49,559 bases of DNA, taken from positions 1-49,559 of the forward strand of contig JBEANP010000001.1 of the NCBI GenBank assembly GCA_041165385.1, in the 5' to 3' direction. Position numbers and translations under genes: made by a program. The DNA comes from Pseudomonadota bacterium. GTDB lineage: Bacteria; Pseudomonadota; Gammaproteobacteria; Burkholderiales; Burkholderiaceae_C. Below, piece after piece: positions 28,722 through 38,501 of the stretch (position 1 is its first letter; the number at the start of each line of letters is the position of its first letter). The notes below the pieces were generated by a model. It was not told where the DNA came from. It saw only the letters and a program-made list of their open reading frames with translations, and did no database searches.

Positions 28722-31394
28722 TCACTTCTTCAATATATTTGAATAAACAGCTAATCCAAAAAGTAAGGCGTGGAGCCCAGAAATACCGACTGCTGCGGGA
28801 CCTGTCAGGGCGACTCCTTCCACAACGGATGTCCATAAAAGAGAAACGGATGGCCGGGCGGGATGTGAGAAATCCAAACTTTGCCATTGGGGTTGGCTAT
28901 CAAAAACTGAACTGAAAGAACGAAAGCCAGGGCCTAATAAAAGTGCAATTCGTTCTTGCGTGAGCCCAGCAACCTCGACGCGTAAAAGTAGGTCATTTGG
29001 ACTGACCTCTGCGGCTTTCATGAGGGCTAAGAGCCTGGTTAGCTGCAGTTCATCTGTGGCATCTATGTGTCCATTCTTTGAAAGTGCACACCATGCGTTG
29101 CTCGCCGATGAAGCAATACCGATATCCACTGGCAAACGCATGAAATCCACCAATTTGGAATACTTTGGATTTTCAGCTGCATCAAGGCGAATACCCGCGA
29201 ATTGCAGGGCATCGCTTGTGCTCATGGACTGACGCACAAGTTCGGAAAGTCGGCGCCCTTTTATTGAATGCCCCAAAGCACATGCTGTAGCGATAGAGCG
29301 AATACGAGTGACCGTAGACTCTGTAGTGGAAGTCCTGGCCGCAATCAACTCATCTGAATACTTACCAAATTGAATAAGTTGGAGTGCCTTGATAACTTGA
29401 TACGGCGTAATATGTTGGGCAAAAGTTCGCATGAGCACCGGTACTGATTGATGTTTTGGACCACTTGCGTTGAGCGCGTGGTCTGCAAGACCATGAGTCT
29501 GGATATGCTTGTGCACCACATCAGAAATTGATGATCCGAGTCGAATGGATCGCTGGGTCAAAGTGTTGGACTTGATACCCGTTAGGCAATGCCCTTGGTG
29601 TGCTGAAAGAGCGCATGCCATTTGAAACAGATCAATGCATTGCTTTAAAGCAGCTTCGTAATGGTGCGAATAGAAGCGCAGAGTCATTTGGGTACTTGCG
29701 TGACCCATTGAATACGCCACGTGTGCCAATCGATCAAAGTTTGCTATGGATGAGGAACGAAGTACCCCTTCAACCTCTCTGCTTGCCCAGCTGTGGCGAA
29801 GCGAATAGAGAGTCATGTCAGCATCACGAGTGCATAGCTTCAGCACATTGAGCAGTAGGCGGACACAAGCGCTCTTTCTATAGACTTTGTGCCCATAGTC
29901 TATGTCGCCAAATAGTAAATCCTTTGAACTGGCTCCTTCGTTTGTCCGCAATCCAAGCCATTCGCGTAACTCCTTTGCGGCCCAATATTCCCCAATCAAC
30001 ACACGGCGCGTACTAGATTTTGTTTTCAATTTTCCAAAGCGTTGGGATGAAACTATTTCGACTTCAAAAAATCCTGCTTCACCAAGATGCTGGACGTTCG
30101 CGATCCGAAGTCGAAATAGTTCATCGCGTCGAAATGGCGCAACGTATAGAAGCGCCAATATCAAGCGGCTCATTTTTTGAAGTCGTGTGTCTGCACCTCC
30201 TTGGTCTTGAATCCAAGTTCGTGCCATCTGAATTTCAGAAATTGAAATGAACTGCGCTCGAGGTACAACCTCTGGAATAAATTTGTGAAGTTGGGGTTTT
30301 GTGACAGGCGTATCAAACTCTTCGCTCAAAAAAAACATGAAGGAAGACAGCGCTGCCCCAACTCCCTGCTTGTCACTGATACTTGGATCCGAGATGATCG
30401 AAATACATAAGGTTTCGATTTGATCAGCATCGAGTTCTTCAGGCAGCGTGTCCAGCGCAACTAGTCCACGCAGGAGTGGTTCGGCGGCGACTCGGCAATA
30501 CCGGGTTCGCGTGGAAAAGGCTGCATCGGCTTTCTGAGGTGTTCCACTTTCAAACAAGTCGAACATCCAGCAAATCACAATTCCAAGCCAATAATGCTTG
30601 CCAGAAGCAATCCCTTTTATTTTCAGCAGATCTTTCAGGAAGGTGTCTGAATCTTTGAAAGAGCGTGATTTTTCTCTTGCTCTGAAAATAGCAATAACTT
30701 GATTGAGAAGACCAAAGGCTTCGGAGAGATTTATTGCACTTTCAGTTTTTGGATTTGTAACATCCAGCTCGTCAAGGATGTCAGCCATCACTGATCTGAC
30801 CTCGACACTTTCGGTTGCGTGCTCCAAATGGCCATCAAAGTTATGGTTCCCCAAGTACCTCTCAAAGCTAGCTTGGTTGAGAGAAGCTAACGGTTGAATA
30901 CCGGCTATGTGCGACCAGAGTGGCATCGCTGTATTCCTAGCGCTCCATGCAATGCAATCAAGATCTAGTTCGGCTTGAAGTGAGTTGAGTTTTATGTCGC
31001 TATATGCTTCAGTTTTTTGGAGCCATTTATCGACGACGCCCGAAATTAGCCAAACGCCCTGATGGCTTCGGGAGCGAAGGCGAGTCAAAGTAAAAGTGGA
31101 CAGTAGACGGCGGTGCAATTTTTTGTCCTCGTCAGTCCACTCTGTGCAATGCGAATCTGAGCTGATGCCACTCAAAGCTTGTTGGATGTATTGGAGCGGG
31201 ACTAGCTCAAAGCACAATAGATGGACCGCAGTACCAATGTCGCTTCCATATTCAATTGAAAGCGCTTCTTGCTGCAACTTTCCAAATCGACGAACTCGCG
31301 ATCTATTGCCATCTAAAAAGCGAATATGAAAAAGCCTATCATCTTCGTATAAAGCGATGCCCGCTGCGCTTACTCTTGAAAGTGCGTCGCTCAT
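28722..31394 (-). CDS. Large tyrosine recombinase (890 aa)
   Basis: LLYVAPFRRDELFRL (R), GKLKTKSSTRRV (K), LYSLRHS (HxxR equivalent) and SMGHASTQMTLRFY (H...Y); long N- and C-terminal extensions. Confidence 0.85.
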   Translation of the reverse strand: MSDALSRVSAAGIALYEDDRLFHIRFLDGNRSRVRRFGKLQQEALSIEYGSDIGTAVHLLCFELVPLQYIQQALSGISSDSHCTEWTDEDKKLHRRLLSTFTLTRLRSRSHQGVWLISGVVDKWLQKTEAYSDIKLNSLQAELDLDCIAWSARNTAMPLWSHIAGIQPLASLNQASFERYLGNHNFDGHLEHATESVEVRSVMADILDELDVTNPKTESAINLSEAFGLLNQVIAIFRAREKSRSFKDSDTFLKDLLKIKGIASGKHYWLGIVICWMFDLFESGTPQKADAAFSTRTRYCRVAAEPLLRGLVALDTLPEELDADQIETLCISIISDPSISDKQGVGAALSSFMFFLSEEFDTPVTKPQLHKFIPEVVPRAQFISISEIQMARTWIQDQGGADTRLQKMSRLILALLYVAPFRRDELFRLRIANVQHLGEAGFFEVEIVSSQRFGKLKTKSSTRRVLIGEYWAAKELREWLGLRTNEGASSKDLLFGDIDYGHKVYRKSACVRLLLNVLKLCTRDADMTLYSLRHSWASREVEGVLRSSSIANFDRLAHVAYSMGHASTQMTLRFYSHHYEAALKQCIDLFQMACALSAHQGHCLTGIKSNTLTQRSIRLGSSISDVVHKHIQTHGLADHALNASGPKHQSVPVLMRTFAQHITPYQVIKALQLIQFGKYSDELIAARTSTTESTVTRIRSIATACALGHSIKGRRLSELVRQSMSTSDALQFAGIRLDAAENPKYSKLVDFMRLPVDIGIASSASNAWCALSKNGHIDATDELQLTRLLALMKAAEVSPNDLLLRVEVAGLTQERIALLLGPGFRSFSSVFDSQPQWQSLDFSHPARPSVSLLWTSVVEGVALTGPAAVGISGLHALLFGLAVYSNILKK

Positions 31395-33496
31395 TTGGAA
31401 CTCCTCAAGCCATGAAATGGTCCTGAAAGTACCTGTTCATACAATGCATTGAGCGCCGAACTAATTCGCATGCACCACGCATGCTCTGAGCCTTCACTGA
31501 TAGAGCCAGTGCTCTCTTGCCCTCTAACTTCATGACGCAGAAGTCGGTCAATATCGAGCGAAGAGAATCCGGCGAGGCGTGCTGCATTTTCGGTCCACTT
31601 GCGGCCAAAGTCTGGCGCCAATCGGTCGCTCAACTGCAAGACCCGCAAGACTTCCTTGGAGCCGCAGTTGCTCATACCTCTATCTATTTGGATCGTACGA
31701 ACCAAGGGCACCGACTGATAGTGTGCTACTTGCTGTGACCATTCCTTCAGGCCAGGTATGGCGGACGTTACAGTCGGCAGGCTACCCAATGTTGCGATGT
31801 GCGCGCGATAGTTTTTTAGCTCTAGATGGAAGCCAGCCGTCAAAGGTGCAGCCATCCCACCTTGACGGCCTTGGCTACTTTTTTCATTTAGGTCACTTGT
31901 CCGGTCCCCTGGAAAGATGTCCGCAAAAATTGAGAATTCACTGGTGGAGCGAAGTGAAAGTCTGAGCATCCATCGAAATGCAATTGATGCTGCATAGTAA
32001 TTGTGAAAGTCTACAACCGCAGCAACAGAACGACGCCTTGCTGGACGCAACTCCTTTAGACGTAACACCATGAATTGATCTAAGGATCGTAGCGCCGCAT
32101 CAGCGGGGACTATGCGAGCACCAAAATTCAGTCCTGATTGACGCGGCTGTTCCAGTGTGAACCAGCCCAAGCGCCGGTACAACATAGCTTGGTATCGGTA
32201 CGATTCAGTTGAGGATACGGTCGCATAAAAAAGTTTGCTTTTTGCGCATAAACCAAAATCCCCAAAAGTGGTCGCTGAAAGAAATGCATCATCACCGCTT
32301 TGAATGGCGAGCGCGCCAAGTGTTCTCGCCCACCGTGCCCATGTAGGTTTGATTTCAGTAACACTTGGGTAAACGGAACCTTCGGACTTAATTGACGTTA
32401 ACGCTGGCACTATGTCCCCAAAGGTGTAAACGTTCATTGAACGGCATCGTTCTTCAACAAGCTCGAAAAAAGGCTTCGGCAATAGAGTGCTGTGGATAAA
32501 ACTTGCTTCAATGCTCTCAGCTTTGCTTGGCATTGCCGCGTCCTTCGCTAGCCGTGAATAGTCACGCTTTAAGGACATTGACTCAGCATCAAAAATAATG
32601 CTCCAGTCGTCTTCATTGTTGGTGGCGGTGCTGCCAAATTCAATTGGAATTAGGTGCGCCATTTCCACTGGAGCGCCACTAAAACCAATCAACCAAAGTG
32701 CGAGGTGATACTCGACTTGATTAGAAAATACACCCGCACCATCGTGACTCAGGGCGATCGTCACCTGTTGTTTACTAAAGCAGGTTGAATCCAAAATTGC
32801 CGTGCGCCGCCGATCACTTGGAAATGCCGCCCGCCCAATCCAACTGCTGAGTGAAGCTTGATGGATATTGAGTGGCGGTTCTGGCTCCGTTGGAGTTTCA
32901 GAAAACTGAATCTGAAACTCAATCCAAAATTTGTAAAACAGGGAATGCCAACCGCAGATTGGGTCTCCCGCAGGTCGGTGAATCAGTTGGTTGATATCTG
33001 CATCACCATTTGATAGGTCGCGACGTAAGTTACGGCAGTAGGCGGCAGCCATTGTCTTTTTTTGCATTAAGGCCAACCCAAGGTTTAGACCGAGGCCCAC
33101 TACTGCCGCGGTTGGAAGCGCATCGGAAGTTCCGAAGCCAACCTCTGCCAGAGTTTTCCAGCCCTGAAAATCAGCCAGTCGGCGATGCAGCGTTGATTTC
33201 AAATCGTGCATCTCCAAATCTTGGTACTGATCAATTAGAGTGGAATTCAAGACCTGAAGCTGACCCCGAATTTCGCGCGCAACACTATTTGGTACTTTGA
33301 TTAGGGAGAGTGCTGAATCAAATGAAATCAGCGCGCCTTTGGCCACAGCAAGAAGCGCTGGCACATCTACTGGATGGGCAATTGAATTCAATAACTTGGC
33401 GAGTGCGGCAATTGCGATTTCGTTTTTTCCGTTTAGAACTCGCTGGACGAATCCACAATCAAAGAATGCTGGGTTGTTGGGTTCAAGCGGGTGCAT
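31391..33496 (-). CDS. Large protein with a degenerate tyrosine-recombinase-like C-terminal domain (701 aa)
   Basis: Spaced motifs LSLRS (R), LNEKS (K), PDFGRK and IDRLLRHEVRG; no obvious nucleophile Tyr; RBS GAGGAG; ATGA overlap with the next gene. Confidence 0.65.
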   Translation of the reverse strand: MHPLEPNNPAFFDCGFVQRVLNGKNEIAIAALAKLLNSIAHPVDVPALLAVAKGALISFDSALSLIKVPNSVAREIRGQLQVLNSTLIDQYQDLEMHDLKSTLHRRLADFQGWKTLAEVGFGTSDALPTAAVVGLGLNLGLALMQKKTMAAAYCRNLRRDLSNGDADINQLIHRPAGDPICGWHSLFYKFWIEFQIQFSETPTEPEPPLNIHQASLSSWIGRAAFPSDRRRTAILDSTCFSKQQVTIALSHDGAGVFSNQVEYHLALWLIGFSGAPVEMAHLIPIEFGSTATNNEDDWSIIFDAESMSLKRDYSRLAKDAAMPSKAESIEASFIHSTLLPKPFFELVEERCRSMNVYTFGDIVPALTSIKSEGSVYPSVTEIKPTWARWARTLGALAIQSGDDAFLSATTFGDFGLCAKSKLFYATVSSTESYRYQAMLYRRLGWFTLEQPRQSGLNFGARIVPADAALRSLDQFMVLRLKELRPARRRSVAAVVDFHNYYAASIAFRWMLRLSLRSTSEFSIFADIFPGDRTSDLNEKSSQGRQGGMAAPLTAGFHLELKNYRAHIATLGSLPTVTSAIPGLKEWSQQVAHYQSVPLVRTIQIDRGMSNCGSKEVLRVLQLSDRLAPDFGRKWTENAARLAGFSSLDIDRLLRHEVRGQESTGSISEGSEHAWCMRISSALNALYEQVLSGPFHGLRSSK

Positions 33497-34495
33497 GTTT
33501 TCTCCTCAAGCGAACTTAAAAAATGACGGGCAGGGGCAATCCCCGTGAATGAACACGGCAATTTGCTGAATAGGGCGCGCAATACGCATAGTTAAGCCTT
33601 CGTTAGAAACACGAAAAAATGGATCTGGGGTGGGGCAAAAACAGCAGAGCAGCCGAAAGCTGTTTTTGAGTAGATTTGCGCAGTGACTGCGCGCGAATAG
33701 ATAGCTGGACGACCGTCTAAAGAATTAGAGTACGGGCGAGCTCAATCTAATGTTTTGTTTTTCCAGCAAATTGACATTGCTGGATACTTGGCGTTTCTAG
33801 AAAATAGGAAGTGCCGTTGTGCAATCAGTAAGATTGCAGAATTTGTGTGAGTTTGGTGCTCTAGGCACCATAAAGGTTTGACAGGCCGCAATCTTGATAG
33901 GGCAGATCACCTAGTTGGACTAGGAGGCTTCTGTAATAAAACAGGAACCCGATGCATAAGCATGATCAGACTGTAATCGAGGACAAAAAAACTTGTCAAG
34001 CGTTTTTTGAATCGGGCTAGATATGGTGACCAAAGGGCACAAGCGCAGCATCGACTAGTTTGTGCGCAGTGTTTTGCGAACAGGTCAATATTTCTTGAAC
34101 GTGGCGTAGGCCCGTTGCACTTTATGTAACCCCCAATTTCTACCCCTCATGGTAGGTATATTGCAAAACTTTCTTTTGTGGGCTTAGTGCGGCAGGTCTA
34201 TTTCTCCCCGAGTCTCTCTCTGGTTAGAGAGTTGCCAAAGCTGCCCCTTCAATGCGGTTGCTGGGCAATTTATTCTTGATTTTTAGAACTGAATCCGTTG
34301 TAGTTATTGTTGACACTTTTCGGCAGTGCTGACTTGCCTCATACCCCATTCAGACTTTGGACTATGCCAAATCAGATAGCTGGCCTTTGGTTTCGAGGAA
34401 CCGCGTCAGATACATAGCCAAAATGACGTGCCATTCGCCTATCAGATAGAAAACATTAATTCACTGCTATGCTTTCGCACCCTGTGTAAATAGAC

Positions 34496-35707
34496 ATGAT
34501 CACTCTACCCCGTCAGTCAACATTCGCCAGCTTGGAGCAATTCTTGCGCGATGTTCGACAGTCGCCGGGACAAGACCTTCGGTTGCCTGCTCAGATTAGC
34601 TATGGAGGAGCGTTTAGTTTCTCCGCTGTCGCGGTTCAGTGCATTGCAACTTGGGCTAGGCTGCACGAAGGCAAGCGCCGCATCCGGCTGTCACCGAATT
34701 TCGCGGACGACGAGAAAACGCGAGCACGTATCGCTGGGACATTGTTTTCAATGTGTGGGTTGTACTTCGCCCATGAGATATCTGCCGGAGACCAGATCGT
34801 TACCAGATCTGAAGCATTGCAGGCCGTTGCACCGCGGGTGTTCGCAATGCAGGACTATCAATACCGAGACACACTGCGCGGACCGAGCACCGCGCTATGC
34901 TGTTTCGAGGGTGCAAAACTTGAGTTTCTTCAATCCCTCTACGCTAGTCCGCGACGTGGAACCTCTGAAAGTACGACGATAAGGTCAGCTTCCGAATTTG
35001 CATCAATACTACCGAGATTGATAGATGCCTGTTCGGCGCATTCGTCTTCAGCGCTAACAGAATCACAGACGCTAGCTTTAGCACAGCTCGTTCATCAGCT
35101 TTTCAAGAATGCTGATGTGCACACCACATCTGATGCGCAAGGTCGGCTGTACGACACGGGCATCCGCGGAATTCAGGTTCGAGAAGTTCGGATTGGCGAC
35201 GATGACACATACGCTGCATTCGTTTCCGACGATCGTGGATTGCGTGAGTACTTGACAAAAATTGTCCGTCGCAGCGTAACTAGGAGGCTTGATGAGCAAG
35301 GCGGCAAGGTGGCCCAACTCGATGCTTGGCCGTCTTCGTCTTTTATTGAGATCACAGTATTTGATACCGGACCAGGACTCGCATTACGTTGGCTTGCGCG
35401 TCATAAAGGCATCGCACGCTACGATGAAGTTGATCGCGGAGAAGAACTAGAGGCAGTCAAAGCCTGCTTCCAACTCCATGCGACAACCCATTCTGTTGGA
35501 ATGAAAGGAGACGGGCTACCGATTGCAGTAGGGGCGATGAGAGAGCTACAGGCTTTTATGTTTCTTCGAACTGGGCGTCTGGCACTTGTTCAAGATTTCA
35601 GCTCCGGCAGCCAGACAGGGTTTGCTCCACGTCATCGTTACGGTCCGCGCCATCTTGCTGAGGTTGTTGGTGCGACCTATTCGATCTGTTTCCCTATCCC
35701 AAGATAA
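34496..35707 (+). CDS. GHKL / histidine-kinase-like ATPase domain protein
   Basis: N-box LVHQLFKNADVH, G1 ITVFDTGPGL, G2 GDGL, and terminal GATYSICFP strand; no TM segment or HisKA dimerisation motif seen. Confidence 0.8.
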   Translation: MITLPRQSTFASLEQFLRDVRQSPGQDLRLPAQISYGGAFSFSAVAVQCIATWARLHEGKRRIRLSPNFADDEKTRARIAGTLFSMCGLYFAHEISAGDQIVTRSEALQAVAPRVFAMQDYQYRDTLRGPSTALCCFEGAKLEFLQSLYASPRRGTSESTTIRSASEFASILPRLIDACSAHSSSALTESQTLALAQLVHQLFKNADVHTTSDAQGRLYDTGIRGIQVREVRIGDDDTYAAFVSDDRGLREYLTKIVRRSVTRRLDEQGGKVAQLDAWPSSSFIEITVFDTGPGLALRWLARHKGIARYDEVDRGEELEAVKACFQLHATTHSVGMKGDGLPIAVGAMRELQAFMFLRTGRLALVQDFSSGSQTGFAPRHRYGPRHLAEVVGATYSICFPIPR

Positions 35708-37905
35708 TGTCGCTACCCGGTTTTTTCTTGTTCAGATGGCAAACAGAGCAGCCCGCGGCGGGGGCAGAAGACATCGCTGTCGTCTTTAAAGTCCCTGGAG
35801 CGGTGGATCTGAGCGTTCTGCCGGACTTGATCGAATCTGTATGCGCTGGGCCTATCGTTCCATCGGTAATTGTGATGCTTCAGCTGGGAGAGGACGGCCT
35901 AATCGAAGCCCTCAAAGCCGAACCCGTAAAGAATGCGCTGGCACGATTTACTGGACGGATGCCGTTGCTTGTTTTTGCGATCACCCCCGCCCCCTATTCT
36001 TTGACTCTCATTATGGAGCTGGGAGCCTCCGTGACACTGCAGCGTGAGCTGACTAAGATCTTCATGAAACCATCAGATTGGGTTCGCGCAGGTCTTGCGA
36101 CAGTATTTGACCCAAAGGTTGTTGTTGTCACCGCTCCGTCTGGGTACGCATTCTTGAAACCGTCGAATGAGCGTTCGACTTATTTCATCCGCGCAGAGCT
36201 GGCTCTATCGAAGTCGACCGCAGTCACCTTCGTAGCTTTCGCTATCTTTCAGCGGTTGGTGAGAGACTACGGCAAGGTTCCGCAGGAGCTGCGCCTATTG
36301 CTCGTGGATACGATGAACGTCGCCGCGATAGCGTTTGCTTTGCGCGAGATGCTTCTATTGGCGGGTGTCAAACTTGCACCGCAAGTTGAGAGCTTCCATT
36401 CGTATGGAGGTATGGACCAAGTGGCAAGTCCACTACCAGACACTTCGTTGTGCATTGTCTCCGCCTCATCATCGATGAACTTGCATCGCAAATGGACTCG
36501 CGAGAAGGCGCTTTCGGCTCGGGACATCGTTACGTTGGTCACCTTCGAGGACGCCGAAGGTGCGCAGCACGCACTTTACGGCCTCCCAACAGAGACTAGG
36601 CCAGCGCCATCGTCAACATCATCAACTTACGACATTCGCATAACAGGGGAATATTTTTTCCCTGCTATGGAGCAGCCTCGCAAAGTATTGCTGACCACCA
36701 CTCATCATGGCTGCCCAATCCATACTAATGATTTTTATAGGCTGCGCGATCGCCAACTGTTTGGCGCGTTCCGCTCTGCGGGAGCATCAGAGACGCGGCG
36801 AGGTCTCTTCATCGATGCGGACGCCCTGCTTAACGTAGATGAGTTTCAAGATTGGATCAATACTAAGGTACCGCAGCTGCTGAGAGCCGGCACAAAGAAA
36901 GTAATTTTTCAAAACGACGCCGCTTCGGCTAAATTGGCTCAACATGTTGCTCATATCGCAATAGCGATGGGATGCACTGAGGTGCAGGTATGCAATGCCA
37001 TCGGCCTGGATGAGGCGACTATTGATCCAACAGCTCCCCTCGTGTGCGTAGCGGCCGTGGTGGGACGGGGGAATGCGCTGCTCTCGTTAAGCAGGGATCT
37101 TCGGAACTGCCACTTTGGAGCACGTCTTTTTCTGATTGGGATGCAGGTTACTGAGAGTCTCGTGAAACTTGATGCCTTTGACCGAAACCTCAAACACTCA
37201 TCACATAAGTCGCCAATTGAGGTGCAGCGGAAAAATGCTTTCCTTACTTCTGATGCAGTAACAGAGAGTTTCCAGCAGGAGCTGACGCTCTACAAGGGCA
37301 AGGAAACGCTATCCGAGCGCAAGGAGAACCTGCAAAGTGGGCTTGAGGCGACGCAGGTTTTTCTCCCGTCTGGACCAAACTTGGACACGGCGCTGGTTTT
37401 GAATGTGGACTTTGCGTTCTGGGATGGGAAATATGAACCGTCCGCTTATCAAGCACAGGTTCTCGCCACAATCTCAAATATTCTCCAGAACGCGCGAACT
37501 AGCAAGCTACGGTTCTCAGAACAACAACTACGTAGCCCCATGCTGATGCATGTAGCTCTGGACCCGGAAAATTTTGCTCGTTTCAACGAAGGGATCATTC
37601 AAGCCGCGCTACTGCGTTCGGCGTTGCCTTCTGAGCTTGACTACCGAGGTGATGTTCAGGCAAGCGCATATATGGTGACGCTGCTGAAACGTATTGCCTC
37701 CAAATTCGATCACCGTCAGATGGCCACGTTGGAATTTCTTTCTGCGATTGCTACTAGGCGATTGCTTCTGAACCCGGATGACACCATGATGGTCAAGGAT
37801 GCGTTTCGCTCGGCTTTAGGACAAAATTCAAATCCGATGGTCGCGGCTGTTCTGATGTTTCTTGACGCTTTTCCATTGCCCAGTGCTGTTAGGGAGGCCT
37901 TCTAG
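35707..37905 (+). CDS. Protein with two degenerate phosphoribosyltransferase-like domains (732 aa)
   Basis: FLKPSNERSTYFIRAE resembles the type I PRTase hood; degenerate PRPP loops CIVSASSSMN and VCVAAVVGRGNALLSLSRDL; TAATG overlap with the upstream ATPase gene. Confidence 0.65.
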   Translation: MSLPGFFLFRWQTEQPAAGAEDIAVVFKVPGAVDLSVLPDLIESVCAGPIVPSVIVMLQLGEDGLIEALKAEPVKNALARFTGRMPLLVFAITPAPYSLTLIMELGASVTLQRELTKIFMKPSDWVRAGLATVFDPKVVVVTAPSGYAFLKPSNERSTYFIRAELALSKSTAVTFVAFAIFQRLVRDYGKVPQELRLLLVDTMNVAAIAFALREMLLLAGVKLAPQVESFHSYGGMDQVASPLPDTSLCIVSASSSMNLHRKWTREKALSARDIVTLVTFEDAEGAQHALYGLPTETRPAPSSTSSTYDIRITGEYFFPAMEQPRKVLLTTTHHGCPIHTNDFYRLRDRQLFGAFRSAGASETRRGLFIDADALLNVDEFQDWINTKVPQLLRAGTKKVIFQNDAASAKLAQHVAHIAIAMGCTEVQVCNAIGLDEATIDPTAPLVCVAAVVGRGNALLSLSRDLRNCHFGARLFLIGMQVTESLVKLDAFDRNLKHSSHKSPIEVQRKNAFLTSDAVTESFQQELTLYKGKETLSERKENLQSGLEATQVFLPSGPNLDTALVLNVDFAFWDGKYEPSAYQAQVLATISNILQNARTSKLRFSEQQLRSPMLMHVALDPENFARFNEGIIQAALLRSALPSELDYRGDVQASAYMVTLLKRIASKFDHRQMATLEFLSAIATRRLLLNPDDTMMVKDAFRSALGQNSNPMVAAVLMFLDAFPLPSAVREAF

Positions 37906-38175
37906 ATATCCAGAATGGTCAAGTCCATGCGCATCAGGGTCATGGCTATGCGCCTTGAATTGACTGCCGCATTGGATGCCCAATTCACGCCTTCAATGGA
38001 ATTGCCCTGCCTGTTTACCCATTGCGCCATGAGTATGGGTACCCTTGAGGACGGAAGTCCGTCTTGGCCTTTCCAAAGGAATTGGCGGAAAATTTGTGAG
38101 CAAACCCTACGACGTCCAAATTTGGAGGCTTGGCAAACCTTACATTCACACAGGAATACAAAAAGATTACAAATT

Positions 38176-38188
38176 ACCCTGAAAGGGT
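38176..38188. promoter_or_regulatory. Putative MqsA operator palindrome
   Basis: ACCCT-GAA-AGGGT just upstream of mqsR; similar in form to the ACCT-N-AGGT MqsA box. Confidence 0.5.
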
Positions 38189-38197
38189 TAAAATACC

Positions 38198-38500
38198 ATG
38201 GCGAAACCAACCTATGCGTTGGCAGCAGTTCAATCGCAAGTCAATGTGTTGAAAGCCGCAGCTTTTACAGCTACTGCTATCAACGGGGGACAGGTTGAGT
38301 TGGGGCTTACATTGGCTGAAATGATTGCGAGCATCAACTCAGCCAAAGAAACTGATTGTTACAAGACCATGCCGAATCAAACCATCAACGGGGCATTTCA
38401 AGATGTTTACCATCTCACGACTCCTTTGTCTGATGTGGCTTACGCCAAGTTTTGCCTGCACCCGCTAAGCAAGGTAGTTGTTTCTTTCAAAAGGAAATGA
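38198..38500 (+). CDS. mqsR: MqsR family mRNA interferase toxin
   Basis: KPTYAL...FTATA...G...LGL...DCYKTM...FQDVYH...AYAKF...VVVSFKRK, a close match to the MqsR pattern. Confidence 0.92.
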   Translation: MAKPTYALAAVQSQVNVLKAAAFTATAINGGQVELGLTLAEMIASINSAKETDCYKTMPNQTINGAFQDVYHLTTPLSDVAYAKFCLHPLSKVVVSFKRK

Positions 38501-38501
38501 T

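Noticed and set aside
33931-33944. CTGT...ACAG as a LexA box (also at 44363-44375)
   Set aside because: Spacers are 6 and 5 nt rather than the required 8.
174-34141. CCCCAATTTCT at 174-184 and 34131-34141 as an att direct repeat
   Set aside because: Only 11 bp, flanks unrelated, compatible with chance.
37902-38298. ORFs 37902-38210 (-) and 37915-38298 (+)
   Set aside because: They overlap mqsR and its operator and show no recognisable motifs; a decayed gene fragment cannot be excluded.
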